From NCBI GenBank assembly GCA_035285585.1, contig JAYKGU010000164.1, positions 55,609 to 119,608 of the forward strand: 64,000 nucleotides of DNA. The letters run 5' to 3'. Of this stretch, positions 32,432 to 42,460 are shown piece after piece. The number at the start of each line of letters is the position of its first letter. The stretch's first letter is position 1. This DNA is from Synechococcales cyanobacterium. GTDB lineage: Bacteria; Cyanobacteriota; Cyanobacteriia; CAKZMO01. A program made the position numbers and the translations under genes. Below the pieces are notes generated by a model. It did not search any database and was not told where the DNA came from. It saw nothing but the letters and a program-made list of their open reading frames with translations.

Positions 32432-32818
32432 ATGCCCGACTCTGATTACCCACTTATGCCCACCCTCAATTCTGAAAATCCAGACTCGCCCTCGCTCGAA
32501 GAACAGGTGATTGCAGGAATGCGATCGCTCTACGAGCATCATCTCAACCATCAACCCCACCCCATCACCTGCCAGATCCTTGACGGCAAGATCGTCATTT
32601 TGCTGGAGGAAACGGTAACGCGCCCAGAGCAGATTCTGTTCGAGAATGGGCAAGCCCATCTGGCGGAGCAGGTGAGGTCGCATCTAGACAAAATTTTGCA
32701 CCCCCATATTAAAGAACTGGTGGAGCGCATTCTTCAGGTGCCGGTGATTGACATCTTAATCGATACGGGCTTGGATACCCGCCGCACGGGTACGATCATC
32801 ATGCTGCAGTCCAGGTAG
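32432..32818 (+). CDS. Conserved hypothetical protein (DUF2294-like), paralogue B
   Basis: 128 aa, paralogue of 31825..32220. Confidence 0.6.
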   Translation: MPDSDYPLMPTLNSENPDSPSLEEQVIAGMRSLYEHHLNHQPHPITCQILDGKIVILLEETVTRPEQILFENGQAHLAEQVRSHLDKILHPHIKELVERILQVPVIDILIDTGLDTRRTGTIIMLQSR

Positions 32819-32836
32819 ATCTAGGGGCAGGAAGCC

Positions 32837-34516
32837 TTACTCGGCGGGGACAGGGGGTGGAGCCGTTTCCGTGGGAGGTGGGGCCGCAGGGGGAGTTGCG
32901 GGCGCAGGGGCTGTGGTGGGAGGCTCTGCCGGGAAGGTTTCGGGGGTGTCGGTATTCGTTGTCCCAGCGTCGGTTGCTCCGGGGGCAGCTGTCCCGGCAT
33001 CAGTGGGGGAGGTTTCGGCGGGGGATGTCTCAGCCGGAGGGGTCTCAGCCGGTGATGGCTCGGCAGGGGGTGTCTCTGGTTCCGCAGGGGCAACCGGCTC
33101 CACCACTGGAGGGGTGGCGGCGTCTGGCCTGCCCAGAATACCGGGGCTGCCGTCGTCAAATACACCCGCCACGCAGGCAATCATTAATGTGGCCAGGGTA
33201 CCTACAAACAGAGCTTTCCAGCCCAGGGCAGTGATGTCGCGGCGGCGCGAGGGAATCAGGGCGGCGGTTCCGCCCACAAAGATGCCAACGGAGGCCAGAT
33301 GGGCGAAGCCAGAGAGGGCGTAGCTGACGATTAAAATGGTGCGATCGCTCACTAACCCCGCTTCCCCCAGCGCTCCCAGCTCTCGATAGGAGGGAATGGC
33401 GGTTTCCAGCAGCCGTCGCCCGATGAGCACCGAGGCTTGCCAGAGTTCGGGCCAGTCAAGGGAGACGCCCGTTAACACCGTGAGGGGCAGAAACAGGACG
33501 CCGGAAATGTTTTGCAGCGTCACCACCTGGAAGACTTCCCCCACCGGACTGGGCAATCCGGCCAGCCAGGCGAAGAACTGGTTGATCAGGGCCACCAGTC
33601 CCAGAATCAAAATCAGTACCGCCGCGATGCCCACCGCCATCCGCACCCCGTCTAAGGCTCCGGTGATTGCGGCATCCAGGGGGCTGCCCCGATCGATGGG
33701 TTCACCCGCAATCGTGTGATCGGGTTCTTTAGGGCTGTCAGAGGTAAAGTCGCGCAGGTCTTCTTCCCTGGGGATGCCGCCCGCCGTCAGGGGCACCTCG
33801 GTTTCGGGCACGAGGATTTTTGACAGCACAAAGCAGGCGGGAATGCCGATGATCGAGGCAGAAACCAGGTGGGCCAGGATATTGGGAAAGACCGGGCGCA
33901 AAAAGCTCACGTAGATGGCCAGCACCGAGGACGCGGAGGTGCCAAAGCAGCAGGCGAGGATGGCGCAGAGTTCGCTGCGGGTCATCTTGGCTAAAAAGGG
34001 CTTGACCACGATGGCGGCTTCGATGCCCACAAAAATGTTGGCCGCTCCGCTAAGGGATTCGGCCCCGCTGAGGCGCATGGTGTTGTAAAAGATCTTGGCA
34101 AAGAAATCTGTAATTAGCTGAATTACGCCGATGTTGTAAAGGAGGGCCATCAACCCGCCAAAAAAGATCACCGTGGGCAGCGCCCGGAAGGCGAAGATGT
34201 AGCCCAGGTTGATATCCGGCTCGGTGCCTGGGGACGGCACAATGTTGGGGCCAAAGACGAATCGCGCCCCCACATCAGCGGCGTCAAACACGCCATTGAG
34301 CAGGTTACTAAAAACCTGCAGGGCACCCCTGGCTCCGGGGACGGCAAACACCAGCGCCCCCAAGGCCAACTGAAGGAGAATGCCGCCCACCACCACGCGC
34401 CACGGGAAATACTTGAGACGGCGGTTTTCTGAAAAAATCCAGGCGATCGCGCACAGCCCAAACATGCCGATCAGGGAAATGGCATTCAAAATTGGGATTT
34501 CACTGAGAGCCGTCAT
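32837..34516 (-). CDS. NupC/CNT-family concentrative nucleoside transporter with a Pro/Ala/Glu/Thr-rich C-terminal tail
   Basis: Multi-TM protein with CNT family blocks (GGLMALLYNIGVIQLI, ESLSGAANIFVGIEAA, ACCFGTSASSVLAIY). A ~100-aa low-complexity PAETPP tail follows. Start is chosen at MTALSEIP; the track ORF extends 15 codons further upstream. Confidence 0.8.
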   Translation of the reverse strand: MTALSEIPILNAISLIGMFGLCAIAWIFSENRRLKYFPWRVVVGGILLQLALGALVFAVPGARGALQVFSNLLNGVFDAADVGARFVFGPNIVPSPGTEPDINLGYIFAFRALPTVIFFGGLMALLYNIGVIQLITDFFAKIFYNTMRLSGAESLSGAANIFVGIEAAIVVKPFLAKMTRSELCAILACCFGTSASSVLAIYVSFLRPVFPNILAHLVSASIIGIPACFVLSKILVPETEVPLTAGGIPREEDLRDFTSDSPKEPDHTIAGEPIDRGSPLDAAITGALDGVRMAVGIAAVLILILGLVALINQFFAWLAGLPSPVGEVFQVVTLQNISGVLFLPLTVLTGVSLDWPELWQASVLIGRRLLETAIPSYRELGALGEAGLVSDRTILIVSYALSGFAHLASVGIFVGGTAALIPSRRRDITALGWKALFVGTLATLMIACVAGVFDDGSPGILGRPDAATPPVVEPVAPAEPETPPAEPSPAETPPAETSPAETSPTDAGTAAPGATDAGTTNTDTPETFPAEPPTTAPAPATPPAAPPPTETAPPPVPAE

Positions 34517-34703
34517 CGTGGTTCTACCCCCGCACACTATGCTCAATGATGACGGTACCATAGTCCGCCTGGGTTGAATCGCTGGGGAGGGGCAAATTAT
34601 CTGCGTGGGGCAATCCGCCAGTCGCTACAATGGGCGTAGGCTTTTGTGCTGCATTTCATTCATAAGAATCCATCCCCATATCCCAATCAAACAATCAAAC
34701 TTA

Positions 34704-34988
34704 ATGATGGACGCGTTCGCCTTCAATCCGCCCGACTGGGCCCAGACCGCAACCCACGCCCAGGGGTTCTGCTGTCCCCGGTGTGGCGAACCGCCCGCCA
34801 GCGCCAAGGCGGTTTGGATTAACCGGCGATCGCCCGTTTTTGGCCTGGATCATCGCCGCAAATGGCAGGAGTTCTACCACTGCGAGTGTGGCAAAGCCTG
34901 GTGGGGCTGGAGCAGCGATCGCCCCCCCAGCGACCTCAAACCGTCGGACATGCCGGAGCGATCGCCCGACGATTTTGGTCTATTTTAA
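34704..34988 (+). CDS. Small Cys-rich hypothetical protein (putative zinc-ribbon)
   Basis: 94 aa with CCPRCG...CECG pairs. Start taken at the ATG-ATG pair (MMDAF). No homology recognised. Confidence 0.4.
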   Translation: MMDAFAFNPPDWAQTATHAQGFCCPRCGEPPASAKAVWINRRSPVFGLDHRRKWQEFYHCECGKAWWGWSSDRPPSDLKPSDMPERSPDDFGLF

Positions 34989-35026
34989 GGGTTGCCGTCG
35001 GGGCCAATGGCCAGGGCGGGCAGTTG

Positions 35027-36880
35027 CTACTGGGGCGCAAGGGGTTGGGCGATCGCCTGGAGCGCCTGGAGGGCCAGGACATCAACGGCCCCTGCCCCCT
35101 GCTCCTCCTCTTCAAGGGTGGGGCCACGGTTTAGAAATCCCACCACGGTAACGTCCTGTTCTGGCAGGTAAATCATCCAGGAACTCCAGCCAAAGGATCC
35201 GCCGTTGTGTCCCCAAAAGGTTCCCAGGTTCGGATCGTCGGCCACCAGCGCCCCCAAACCATAGGTGAACTGGTCGCTGAAATTGCCGCCGCCAGTGAGC
35301 ATCCGACTCAGGGTGTCTGGCGCAAGCAGCTCTCCCTTAAACAGCCCCTGGGCGAAGCGGGCAATATCCGCCGTTGTCGAGACGACGCCCCCGGCGGCAC
35401 TCGTCCAGGAGAGGTTGTCCTGGGTGTTATCCAAAACACCGTCGCCATCAAAGTCAAAGTAGCCCTGGGTAAAGCCACCGGGAACGGTTTCCTGGGGTGC
35501 ATAGAAAGTGTTGGTCATCCCCAGCGGGTCAAAAATGCGATCGCGCAGTACGTCAACCAGGGGTGCCCCTGCGACCTGCTCAATGATTTCACCCAGCAGC
35601 AAGTAGTTAGTGTTGCTGTAGTCGAACTGTTCCCCTGGCTCGAACTGGGCGGGCTGGTCGGCAATCAGATCGAGCAATTCTGGAGACGTCCACCGCCGCT
35701 GCAGGAGGGATGGGTCGGCCAGCTCCACCAGGGGCACCGTGTAGTCGGGGATGCCGCTGGTCATATTCAGCAACTGCTCTACCGTCACGCGATCGCCACT
35801 GGCCAATTGCCCCGCCACATCCGGCAGCCACTGATCCAGCGTATCGGTCAGGCCCAGGCGACCCTCCTGCACCAGTTGCAGCACCGTGGCCGCCACGATG
35901 GGCTTGGTGATGCTGGCGATGTTAAATCGGTCATCGGGGCGCACCGCCTGTCCGGTGGCCAGGTCAGCAAGACCGCTACTACCTGTCCAGCGGGTACCAT
36001 CGGCGGCGATCGCAGTTAAAGCCGCTCCGGGGGCATTCACCCCCTGGATGACCTGATCCAGGGTTTGCTGGAGACGGTCGGCCTGCTGGGCATCTCCAAA
36101 GATAAAGTCTTCGGACGACAGGCTGGAGGGGCGAATTCCTTGCAGAATGGCGATCGCCCGTCCCTGGTCTAAGATTTCGGTGTTCCTGCCGCGATCGCGC
36201 AGGGTGAGATCCGTAAACTCTGCCCCCAGCCGGAGAATTTTGAGCTGGTCAACCCCCACTTCAAAGTCAGTAATCACGGAGGCAGCGGCGGTTTCTCCAC
36301 TGCCAACCCAAAACTGGTCGGCTCCCTGGCCACCCGTCAGGCGATCGCCGCCGTCCACATCCACCAATTGATCGTCCCCCTGACCGCCCCACTGGCGATC
36401 GCGGCCCGTCCCCCCCGCGAGCTGGTCATCCCCACTGCCCCCAAAGAGCCGATCAGAGCCGCTGCCGCCATTGAGGTAATCCCGCCCGGTGCTGCCCCAA
36501 AGCCAGTCCGCGTCTGCCAACCCAACCAGCCAATCGTTGCCCTGGGAGCCAAGCAGGCGATCGCCCCCAGCGCCGCCATTCAGCCAATCGTTGCCGCGGT
36601 CTCCCCACAGGCGGTCGTCGCCTTCGTTGCCGAACAGAATATCGGCCTGGGCTAATCCCTGGAGGCGATCGCCCCCGTCCAGCCCATAGAGGGTGGATTG
36701 GGATGGGGTGGTGCGTAACCGATCCACGGCATCCGTGCCGTAAAGGGTTGATGAGCCTGCCGGGGTTGTCTTGCCGACGAACCCGGCCATGCCATCGGTC
36801 ATCTGAGTGTTGCCATTAATAGGCAGGTAAGTCTGTCCCGATTCAACCGCTGAATCGGAGGAAAAATTAGGATCAATCAT
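35027..36880 (-). CDS. RTX calcium-binding repeat protein fused to a serine beta-lactamase-fold hydrolase domain
   Basis: The N-terminal half has about 10 hemolysin-type nonapeptides (GGxGxDxL/LxGGxGxD). The C-terminal half has the SxxK motif (ASITKP) and beta-lactamase/PBP4-like blocks (YSNTNY, HNGG). Confidence 0.8.
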   Translation of the reverse strand: MIDPNFSSDSAVESGQTYLPINGNTQMTDGMAGFVGKTTPAGSSTLYGTDAVDRLRTTPSQSTLYGLDGGDRLQGLAQADILFGNEGDDRLWGDRGNDWLNGGAGGDRLLGSQGNDWLVGLADADWLWGSTGRDYLNGGSGSDRLFGGSGDDQLAGGTGRDRQWGGQGDDQLVDVDGGDRLTGGQGADQFWVGSGETAAASVITDFEVGVDQLKILRLGAEFTDLTLRDRGRNTEILDQGRAIAILQGIRPSSLSSEDFIFGDAQQADRLQQTLDQVIQGVNAPGAALTAIAADGTRWTGSSGLADLATGQAVRPDDRFNIASITKPIVAATVLQLVQEGRLGLTDTLDQWLPDVAGQLASGDRVTVEQLLNMTSGIPDYTVPLVELADPSLLQRRWTSPELLDLIADQPAQFEPGEQFDYSNTNYLLLGEIIEQVAGAPLVDVLRDRIFDPLGMTNTFYAPQETVPGGFTQGYFDFDGDGVLDNTQDNLSWTSAAGGVVSTTADIARFAQGLFKGELLAPDTLSRMLTGGGNFSDQFTYGLGALVADDPNLGTFWGHNGGSFGWSSWMIYLPEQDVTVVGFLNRGPTLEEEEQGAGAVDVLALQALQAIAQPLAPQ

Positions 36881-37104
36881 GGTAAATTCCTAAAGAAAAA
36901 CTAGCTACATTTGAATCAGCAAATCGTCCTTAGTACCTATCCAAAAATTCGCCGGAGCTTTTGGAATTTCAAACCCCTGTGGAGTTTCAGATAAGGTCCT
37001 AATAAGAGCGGTAAACTGGTGCCGCCGCTGGCTTAACGATGAGCTGATATCAACGTATCCAGTTTGTTAGATGTGGGCTAGTAGCCCCGGTCATTGAGGA
37101 ATTA

Positions 37105-38367
37105 GTGACCTGGGTCATATCGCCAATTTCGGCCCCATCGAGTAAAAGTTTAGATATGGGCACAAACCAGATTAGTAACCCGCTGGGAATTCCCGTCATG
37201 GCTCAAATTCCGCCTCGATTTCTGCGATCGCTTCAATATATTGAATGGGTCATACTGGCCGTGCATCTGGTGTCGGGCAGCGCGAACGGCAGCTTTAGCG
37301 AGTCAATCGTCAATTCGCTGGTTATTCTGGCTTTTCTGGGAGTGCTCTTTTGGATGAGTTTAAACCTGCCCATTCAAGGTTCTCCCTGGCGGCAACGGGC
37401 GTATGTGTGGGCAGGATTGCTGCTGGTTACTTTTGCCCAGGTAATTGGGCTATTTATCACGCTATTTCTGTACCTTTATATTGCCAAAGCCTGTTTTTTG
37501 CTCCGGCGTAGAGAGCTGATTTTTACCACCATTATTGCTGGCGTTTTAGATGTCACTACGCTGCTGATTCTGGTGTCTCAATTAAGCGGTGATGAGGTGG
37601 CGATCGCCCCAGCTTCTATGGGAATAACCTCCCTCATTGCTGACGATCTGGGCGAGTACGTAGCCGTTAGTACTTTTGTGATCATCTTCTGTTTCACCGC
37701 CATTTCGGAATACCAGAATCGCCAGCAGGTAGAAATTCTGGCCCAGCAGGTGGAAACCCTGGCCACCACCCTGGAGCGCACCCGGATCGCCCGCGACATC
37801 CACGATTCTCTGGGCCACACCCTGACCACGCTGAATGTGCATCTGGCCGTGGCGCTACGGCTCTATCGTCAGGATGGGACGGCGGCCTTTCAGGCGCTCA
37901 ACACCGCCAAAGGACTGGCCGATCAGAGCATTGAGGATGTCAACCGCACCCTCCGCACTCTGCGGGAATCGGACTTTGACCTGGCGCAGGCCCTGGTTGG
38001 TGTGATGGAGCAGCTCAAGCTTGCCCAGTCCCTGCGGGTTCACTGGCAGATCGATTTGCCGCCCCTGCCACTGTCCACTCGCTACCAAATTTACTGCATC
38101 GTCAAGGAAGGGCTGGTCAACGTCCAGAAGCACGCCCAGGCCACGGAAGTATGGGTGCAGTGTCAGCGGATCAATGGCGCGATCGCCCTCAAAATTGAAG
38201 ATAATGGTCGCGGTTTTGATCCCACGGCCATCCATGCCGGTTTTGGCCTGCAGGGTATGCGGGAGCGGGTGCAAATGCTGGCGGGTGAGCTGGTGATTAA
38301 CAGCAGCACCAGGGGCACCCAACTCCACATCACGCTTCCTTATCGGACTCCGGAAACGGCGTCTTGA
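37105..38367 (+). CDS. Sensor histidine kinase (HisKA_3 / NarX-type) with an N-terminal membrane domain
   Basis: About 5 TM helices, then the H-box RIARDIHDSLGHTLTTLNVHLAVA and the HATPase_c N/G boxes (EGLVNVQKHA, DNGRGFD, GFGLQGMRERV). The start may be a downstream ATG (about 37156). Confidence 0.85.
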   Translation: MTWVISPISAPSSKSLDMGTNQISNPLGIPVMAQIPPRFLRSLQYIEWVILAVHLVSGSANGSFSESIVNSLVILAFLGVLFWMSLNLPIQGSPWRQRAYVWAGLLLVTFAQVIGLFITLFLYLYIAKACFLLRRRELIFTTIIAGVLDVTTLLILVSQLSGDEVAIAPASMGITSLIADDLGEYVAVSTFVIIFCFTAISEYQNRQQVEILAQQVETLATTLERTRIARDIHDSLGHTLTTLNVHLAVALRLYRQDGTAAFQALNTAKGLADQSIEDVNRTLRTLRESDFDLAQALVGVMEQLKLAQSLRVHWQIDLPPLPLSTRYQIYCIVKEGLVNVQKHAQATEVWVQCQRINGAIALKIEDNGRGFDPTAIHAGFGLQGMRERVQMLAGELVINSSTRGTQLHITLPYRTPETAS

Positions 38368-38452
38368 CGGAAATGAAGCCCACAGGTGGGCAGACCCACC
38401 CTACAAACTGGTGGGCAGTGCTCACCCGACGAACTCATTCCAGGACTCCGCT

Positions 38453-39088
38453 ATGATTAAGCTCCTGCTTGCCGATGATCAAGTCCTCTTTCGCCAGGGG
38501 CTGGTGACGCTGCTCTCCATCGAAGCGGATCTGGAGGTGGTGGGGCAGGCCAACCATGGGGAGGAGGCGATCGCCCTGGCGGCTGAGCTGGAGCCAGACG
38601 TAATTCTCATGGACGTGCAAATGCCCGTTTGCAGCGGTGTGGCCGCCACCCGCGAAATTCTGCGCCGCTTCCCCTGGATGCGAATCCTGGTGCTCACCAC
38701 GTTTGATGAGGATGAGTACATTTGGGACTGTCTACAGGCGGGTGCCCTGGGCTATTTGCTCAAGCACACCGCCGCCGATCAGTTTGTTGCGGCTATTCGA
38801 GCAGTTTACTCCGGCCATAGCCACCTGGGGCCAACCATCGCCCCTAAAGTGTTTGCCCATCTGCAGCCCCGCCCATCCCTGCAACCAGAGTCTCTGACCA
38901 ACCTCAGTAAGCGGGAGCTGGAAATTCTGGCGCTGATCGGCCAGGGAAAAAATAATCAAGAGATTATGGGGCTGCTGTACTTGAGCGAAGGCACGGTGAA
39001 AAACTACGTGACGCGCATCCTGAGTCGTCTGGGCCTGCGCGATCGCGTCCAGGCAGCCCTGTGGGCACAGCGAAATTTGCGCCTGTAA
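38453..39088 (+). CDS. Response regulator, NarL/FixJ family (REC + LuxR-type HTH)
   Basis: MIKLLLADDQ...DVILMDVQMP receiver domain. C-terminal LSKRELEILALIGQGKNNQEI...VKNYVTRILSRLG LuxR HTH. Confidence 0.9.
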   Translation: MIKLLLADDQVLFRQGLVTLLSIEADLEVVGQANHGEEAIALAAELEPDVILMDVQMPVCSGVAATREILRRFPWMRILVLTTFDEDEYIWDCLQAGALGYLLKHTAADQFVAAIRAVYSGHSHLGPTIAPKVFAHLQPRPSLQPESLTNLSKRELEILALIGQGKNNQEIMGLLYLSEGTVKNYVTRILSRLGLRDRVQAALWAQRNLRL

Positions 39089-39311
39089 TTTGCGCCTGTA
39101 AGTTCTATCTCCCGACGGATGTTTTACAACCGTTTCAGGATCTACCTCCCAGGCATGGTTAAAGCCGTCTTAACCCGGATAGCGTATCGTCGCAACGGAA
39201 GTACCCGCAGAGGTACTGTAAACGCTTAGCGGCAAATCGAATGATGGAAGCGGAACAGGGGATCGGTGCCGCGATCCCCAAAAAGCCAAATTTGATCCGA
39301 GGAGAATACGT

Positions 39312-42011
39312 ATGAAGTGGGTTATGCAGGCTTTGAAACGACTGGCGATGGGGCTGGCGATCGCCACCTGGCTGTGGACACTGGGGGGTTGGGCAGCCCA
39401 GGCCCAAACGGCGATCGCCCCCCGTATTCACGACATTCAGGGGGCCAGAACCCAGTCTTCCCTGGCGAGCACCCCAAACGCCAACGTGGCCCAGGTGCCC
39501 GGCATTGTCACCGTGGTGCTGGACAACGGTTTCTACATGCAAGACCCACAACCAGACGGGGATGAGGCCACCTCGGAAGGGATTTTTGTCTTCACCAAAG
39601 AGGCTCCTGCGGTGGACGGAGCAGCCCTGGCCATTGGCGATGCCGTGCAGGTGAGCGGTCGGGTGGTGGAGTTTATCCCCGGTGGCCCGACTGCCAACAA
39701 CCTGCCCACTACCCAAATTGACGCTTCGGGTAGCGACGCAGTGATCGTGCGGGAATCGAGCGACAATCCTCTGCCGGAGCCGATCGTTCTGGGGCAGGGT
39801 GGCCGCGTGCCCCCCGCCCAAATTATTGATGATGACGGGCTGACGGTGTTTGACCCAGCGTCGGACGGCATCGACTTCTTTGAAAGCCTGGAAGGAATGC
39901 GGGTAGAAATTCCCGAGCCGCTGGTGGTGGAGCCAACCAACCGCTTTGGCGAGTTCATCGTGGTGGGCGATCGCGGAGCCACGGCTTCCCGGCTGGCGCA
40001 GACCCAGGGCCTGGTGGCCGGGGCGGGCGACCTGAACCCGGAGCGCATCTGGATAAAGAACACGATTGGCCGGACGCCGCGAGTGAATGTGGGCGATCGC
40101 TTCGTACAGCCCATCGTTGGCGTCATGGGCTACAGCTTTGGCAACTACAAGGTGTTTACCACCCAGCCCCTCTCTTCGGTGATTGCGGTGGAGCCGCAGC
40201 CAGAAACCACTGACCTGGTGGCTGGAGCCGACACCCTGACCGTCGCCGCCTTTAACGTGGAAAACCTCGATCCAGGGGATGGCGATCGCCTCCAGCAACT
40301 GGGCCGGGTGATTGCCGACAGCCTCAAGGCACCGGACATCCTGGCCCTGTCGGAAATTCAGGACAACGATGGCCCGAAGGAGACGGCGGTAACCGAGGCT
40401 GACCAGACCTACCAAGCCTTGATCAAGGCCATCCAGACGGCGGGTGGCCCCCGCTACGATTTTGCTGATGTCGCGCCCCAGGCCAACCAGGACGGCGGGC
40501 AGCCAGGGGGCAACATTCGACTGGGATTCCTCTATCAGCCCGATCGGGTCACTCTGGCAGATGCGCCGCGCGGCACAGCGACCCAGGCCGTGGAGGTCGT
40601 GCGGGATGGGAATGGCCCCCGCCTCTCCCTCAACCCAGGCCGTGTTGACCCCACGAATGCCGCCTTCAACGGTGGCCGCAAACCCGTTGCCGCAGAGTTT
40701 CGCTTCAACGGCGAGAAGATTTTCATCGTTGCCAACCACTTCAAGTCCAAGCGGGGAGACGGCGAACTCTTTGGCCGCACCCAGCCACCGGAAGCGGTGA
40801 CGGAAGCCGTGCGTCTGCCCCAGGCCACCGTGGTGCATGACTTTGTGGAAGACCTGCTGGCCGCCGACCCCAACGCCAATGTGCTGGTGGTGGGGGATTT
40901 GAACGACTTTGAGAACTCCAGAACCCTCTCGGTGCTGGCGGGAGATAAGCTGCAAAACCTGGTGGATCTGCTGCCGGAGCGCGATCGCTACACCCTGCTA
41001 TTCCAGGGCAACCTGCAGGCCTTTGACCATATCCTGGTGAGCCAGCACCCGCTGTTCGAGGCGGATCCGGCGCTGGATATCGTGCATCTCAATGCGGGCT
41101 TCGCCAATGGCGTGAGTGACCACGATCCGCTGCTGGTGAAGCTGCGGTTTCCGGCCTCAGCCAGTCCGCGTCCCGTAAGTCCCGCCCCTGTAAATCCCGC
41201 CCCTGTAAATCCCGCCCCGGTGAATCCCGCCCCGGTGAATCCCGCTCCTGTGAATCCCGTTAATCCCACAACTCCCATTAGCCCTGAGAAGCCTGCTGGT
41301 TCCACTCTATTCGAGTCGATCTTCCCCGACCTGTCAGGTCCGGCCCTGATGAATCAGCTCGCCCGCACCTACGCCCCCATCCGCACCCTGGGCTACAACG
41401 ACGGCAGAGACTATCTCTATGGCGTTGTCGAAAACCAGAATGGGGTCGTGACGGGTGTCTACACCGGCTACCAGATCCAGCTCAATCCGGGAGCTGAACC
41501 CCGTATGGATGTATTCGCCAAGGGCCTCAATGCCGAACATGTCTGGCCCCAGAGCAAGGGCGCAAAAGGGCCGGCCAAAAGTGACCTGCACCACCTGTTT
41601 CCCGCCCGAATTCGGGTGAACGGCACGCGGGGCAACAATCCCTTTGAAGACATCCCCGATGAGCAGACCGATCGCTGGTTTTTGGGACTCGATGAGCTGC
41701 GATCGCGCCCGACCAGCAACATCGACGACTATAGCGAGTTTGACCCCGGCAAGTTTGAGCCACGGGAGGTGAAGAAGGGGGATGTGGCCCGTGCCATGTT
41801 CTACTTCTACACCGTTTACAAATCCCAGGCTGACGCGGTCGACAGCAACTTCTTTCCCGGCCAGCGAGCCGTCCTCTGCCGCTGGCATGCTCAAGATCCA
41901 GCCGATGCCCTGGAGGTGGCCCGCAGTCATGCGATCGCCCAGTCACAGCAGGGCAACGAGAATCCGTTTATCCTCGACCCAACCCTAGCGAGCCGCACCT
42001 ACTGCCAGTAA
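39312..42011 (+). CDS. Secreted nuclease: N-terminal endonuclease/exonuclease/phosphatase (EEP) domain fused through a PAPVN-repeat linker to a C-terminal endonuclease I (EndA/NucM-like) domain
   Basis: Signal peptide MKWVMQALKRLAMGLAIATWLWTLGGWAAQA. The EEP blocks are LTVAAFNVENL, ALSEIQDN and VANHFKSK. The C-terminus carries EHVWPQSKG...DLHHLFPARIRVNGTRGNNPF, matching endonuclease I motifs. Confidence 0.8.
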   Translation: MKWVMQALKRLAMGLAIATWLWTLGGWAAQAQTAIAPRIHDIQGARTQSSLASTPNANVAQVPGIVTVVLDNGFYMQDPQPDGDEATSEGIFVFTKEAPAVDGAALAIGDAVQVSGRVVEFIPGGPTANNLPTTQIDASGSDAVIVRESSDNPLPEPIVLGQGGRVPPAQIIDDDGLTVFDPASDGIDFFESLEGMRVEIPEPLVVEPTNRFGEFIVVGDRGATASRLAQTQGLVAGAGDLNPERIWIKNTIGRTPRVNVGDRFVQPIVGVMGYSFGNYKVFTTQPLSSVIAVEPQPETTDLVAGADTLTVAAFNVENLDPGDGDRLQQLGRVIADSLKAPDILALSEIQDNDGPKETAVTEADQTYQALIKAIQTAGGPRYDFADVAPQANQDGGQPGGNIRLGFLYQPDRVTLADAPRGTATQAVEVVRDGNGPRLSLNPGRVDPTNAAFNGGRKPVAAEFRFNGEKIFIVANHFKSKRGDGELFGRTQPPEAVTEAVRLPQATVVHDFVEDLLAADPNANVLVVGDLNDFENSRTLSVLAGDKLQNLVDLLPERDRYTLLFQGNLQAFDHILVSQHPLFEADPALDIVHLNAGFANGVSDHDPLLVKLRFPASASPRPVSPAPVNPAPVNPAPVNPAPVNPAPVNPVNPTTPISPEKPAGSTLFESIFPDLSGPALMNQLARTYAPIRTLGYNDGRDYLYGVVENQNGVVTGVYTGYQIQLNPGAEPRMDVFAKGLNAEHVWPQSKGAKGPAKSDLHHLFPARIRVNGTRGNNPFEDIPDEQTDRWFLGLDELRSRPTSNIDDYSEFDPGKFEPREVKKGDVARAMFYFYTVYKSQADAVDSNFFPGQRAVLCRWHAQDPADALEVARSHAIAQSQQGNENPFILDPTLASRTYCQ
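41170..41262 (+). repeat. 15-bp tandem repeat (CCCGCCCCTGTAAAT x about 6) encoding (PAPVN)n linker
   Basis: Visible as SPAPVNPAPVNPAPVNPAPVNPAPVNPVNP in the nuclease ORF. Confidence 0.85.
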
Positions 42012-42025
42012 CGCCCCTCGAGATA

Positions 42026-42060
42026 GCCCCTTTCCTGCTTCGGGTGGAAAGGGGCTTTGA
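42026..42060 (+). terminator. Rho-independent terminator after the nuclease gene
   Basis: AGCCCCTTTCC-TGCTTCGGGTG-GAAAGGGGCT 10-bp stem followed by TTGAAAC. Confidence 0.65.
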
Positions 42061-42460
42061 AACGAGTCCGTTCAGACTCCTTTTCTCCTTTGATGGGCTA
42101 CTGAGGTGATTTCTTAGGATGAAACTACCAGTCCACGGTGCGTTACGCTTCGCTTTAGCGATAGCCATGCCCTTGGGCTATACGGCAACCTACAGGCGGT
42201 ATGGTCTTTCCTGGAAATCGCCTAAGTACACATAAGTCCTGAACCCCTTGCTGTTCGGGCTTTTCCCGCAAACCCCAACCCCATCTACCAGAGCGGGGGA
42301 AGGGGAGCCAGAAAGCCTTGTCTTACCTCCCCCTCGCCCATTTTTGGGAGAGGGGGATTGAGGGGGTGAGGGTCAAGATGTGTGTACGTAGTAGCCCCAA
42401 GGAGAAGGGGATGAGGGCAGTTCAGGCTCCCGGTCAAGCCTGAGTAGTTACAAAATCTCC

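Noticed and set aside
35207-36019. 270-aa plus-strand ORF
   Set aside because: Antisense to the RTX/beta-lactamase gene. No motifs.
39159-40955. 598-aa minus-strand ORF
   Set aside because: Entirely antisense to the well-supported secreted nuclease gene (39312..42011). It has no recognisable motifs and Arg/Gly-rich composition typical of antisense frames in GC-rich DNA.
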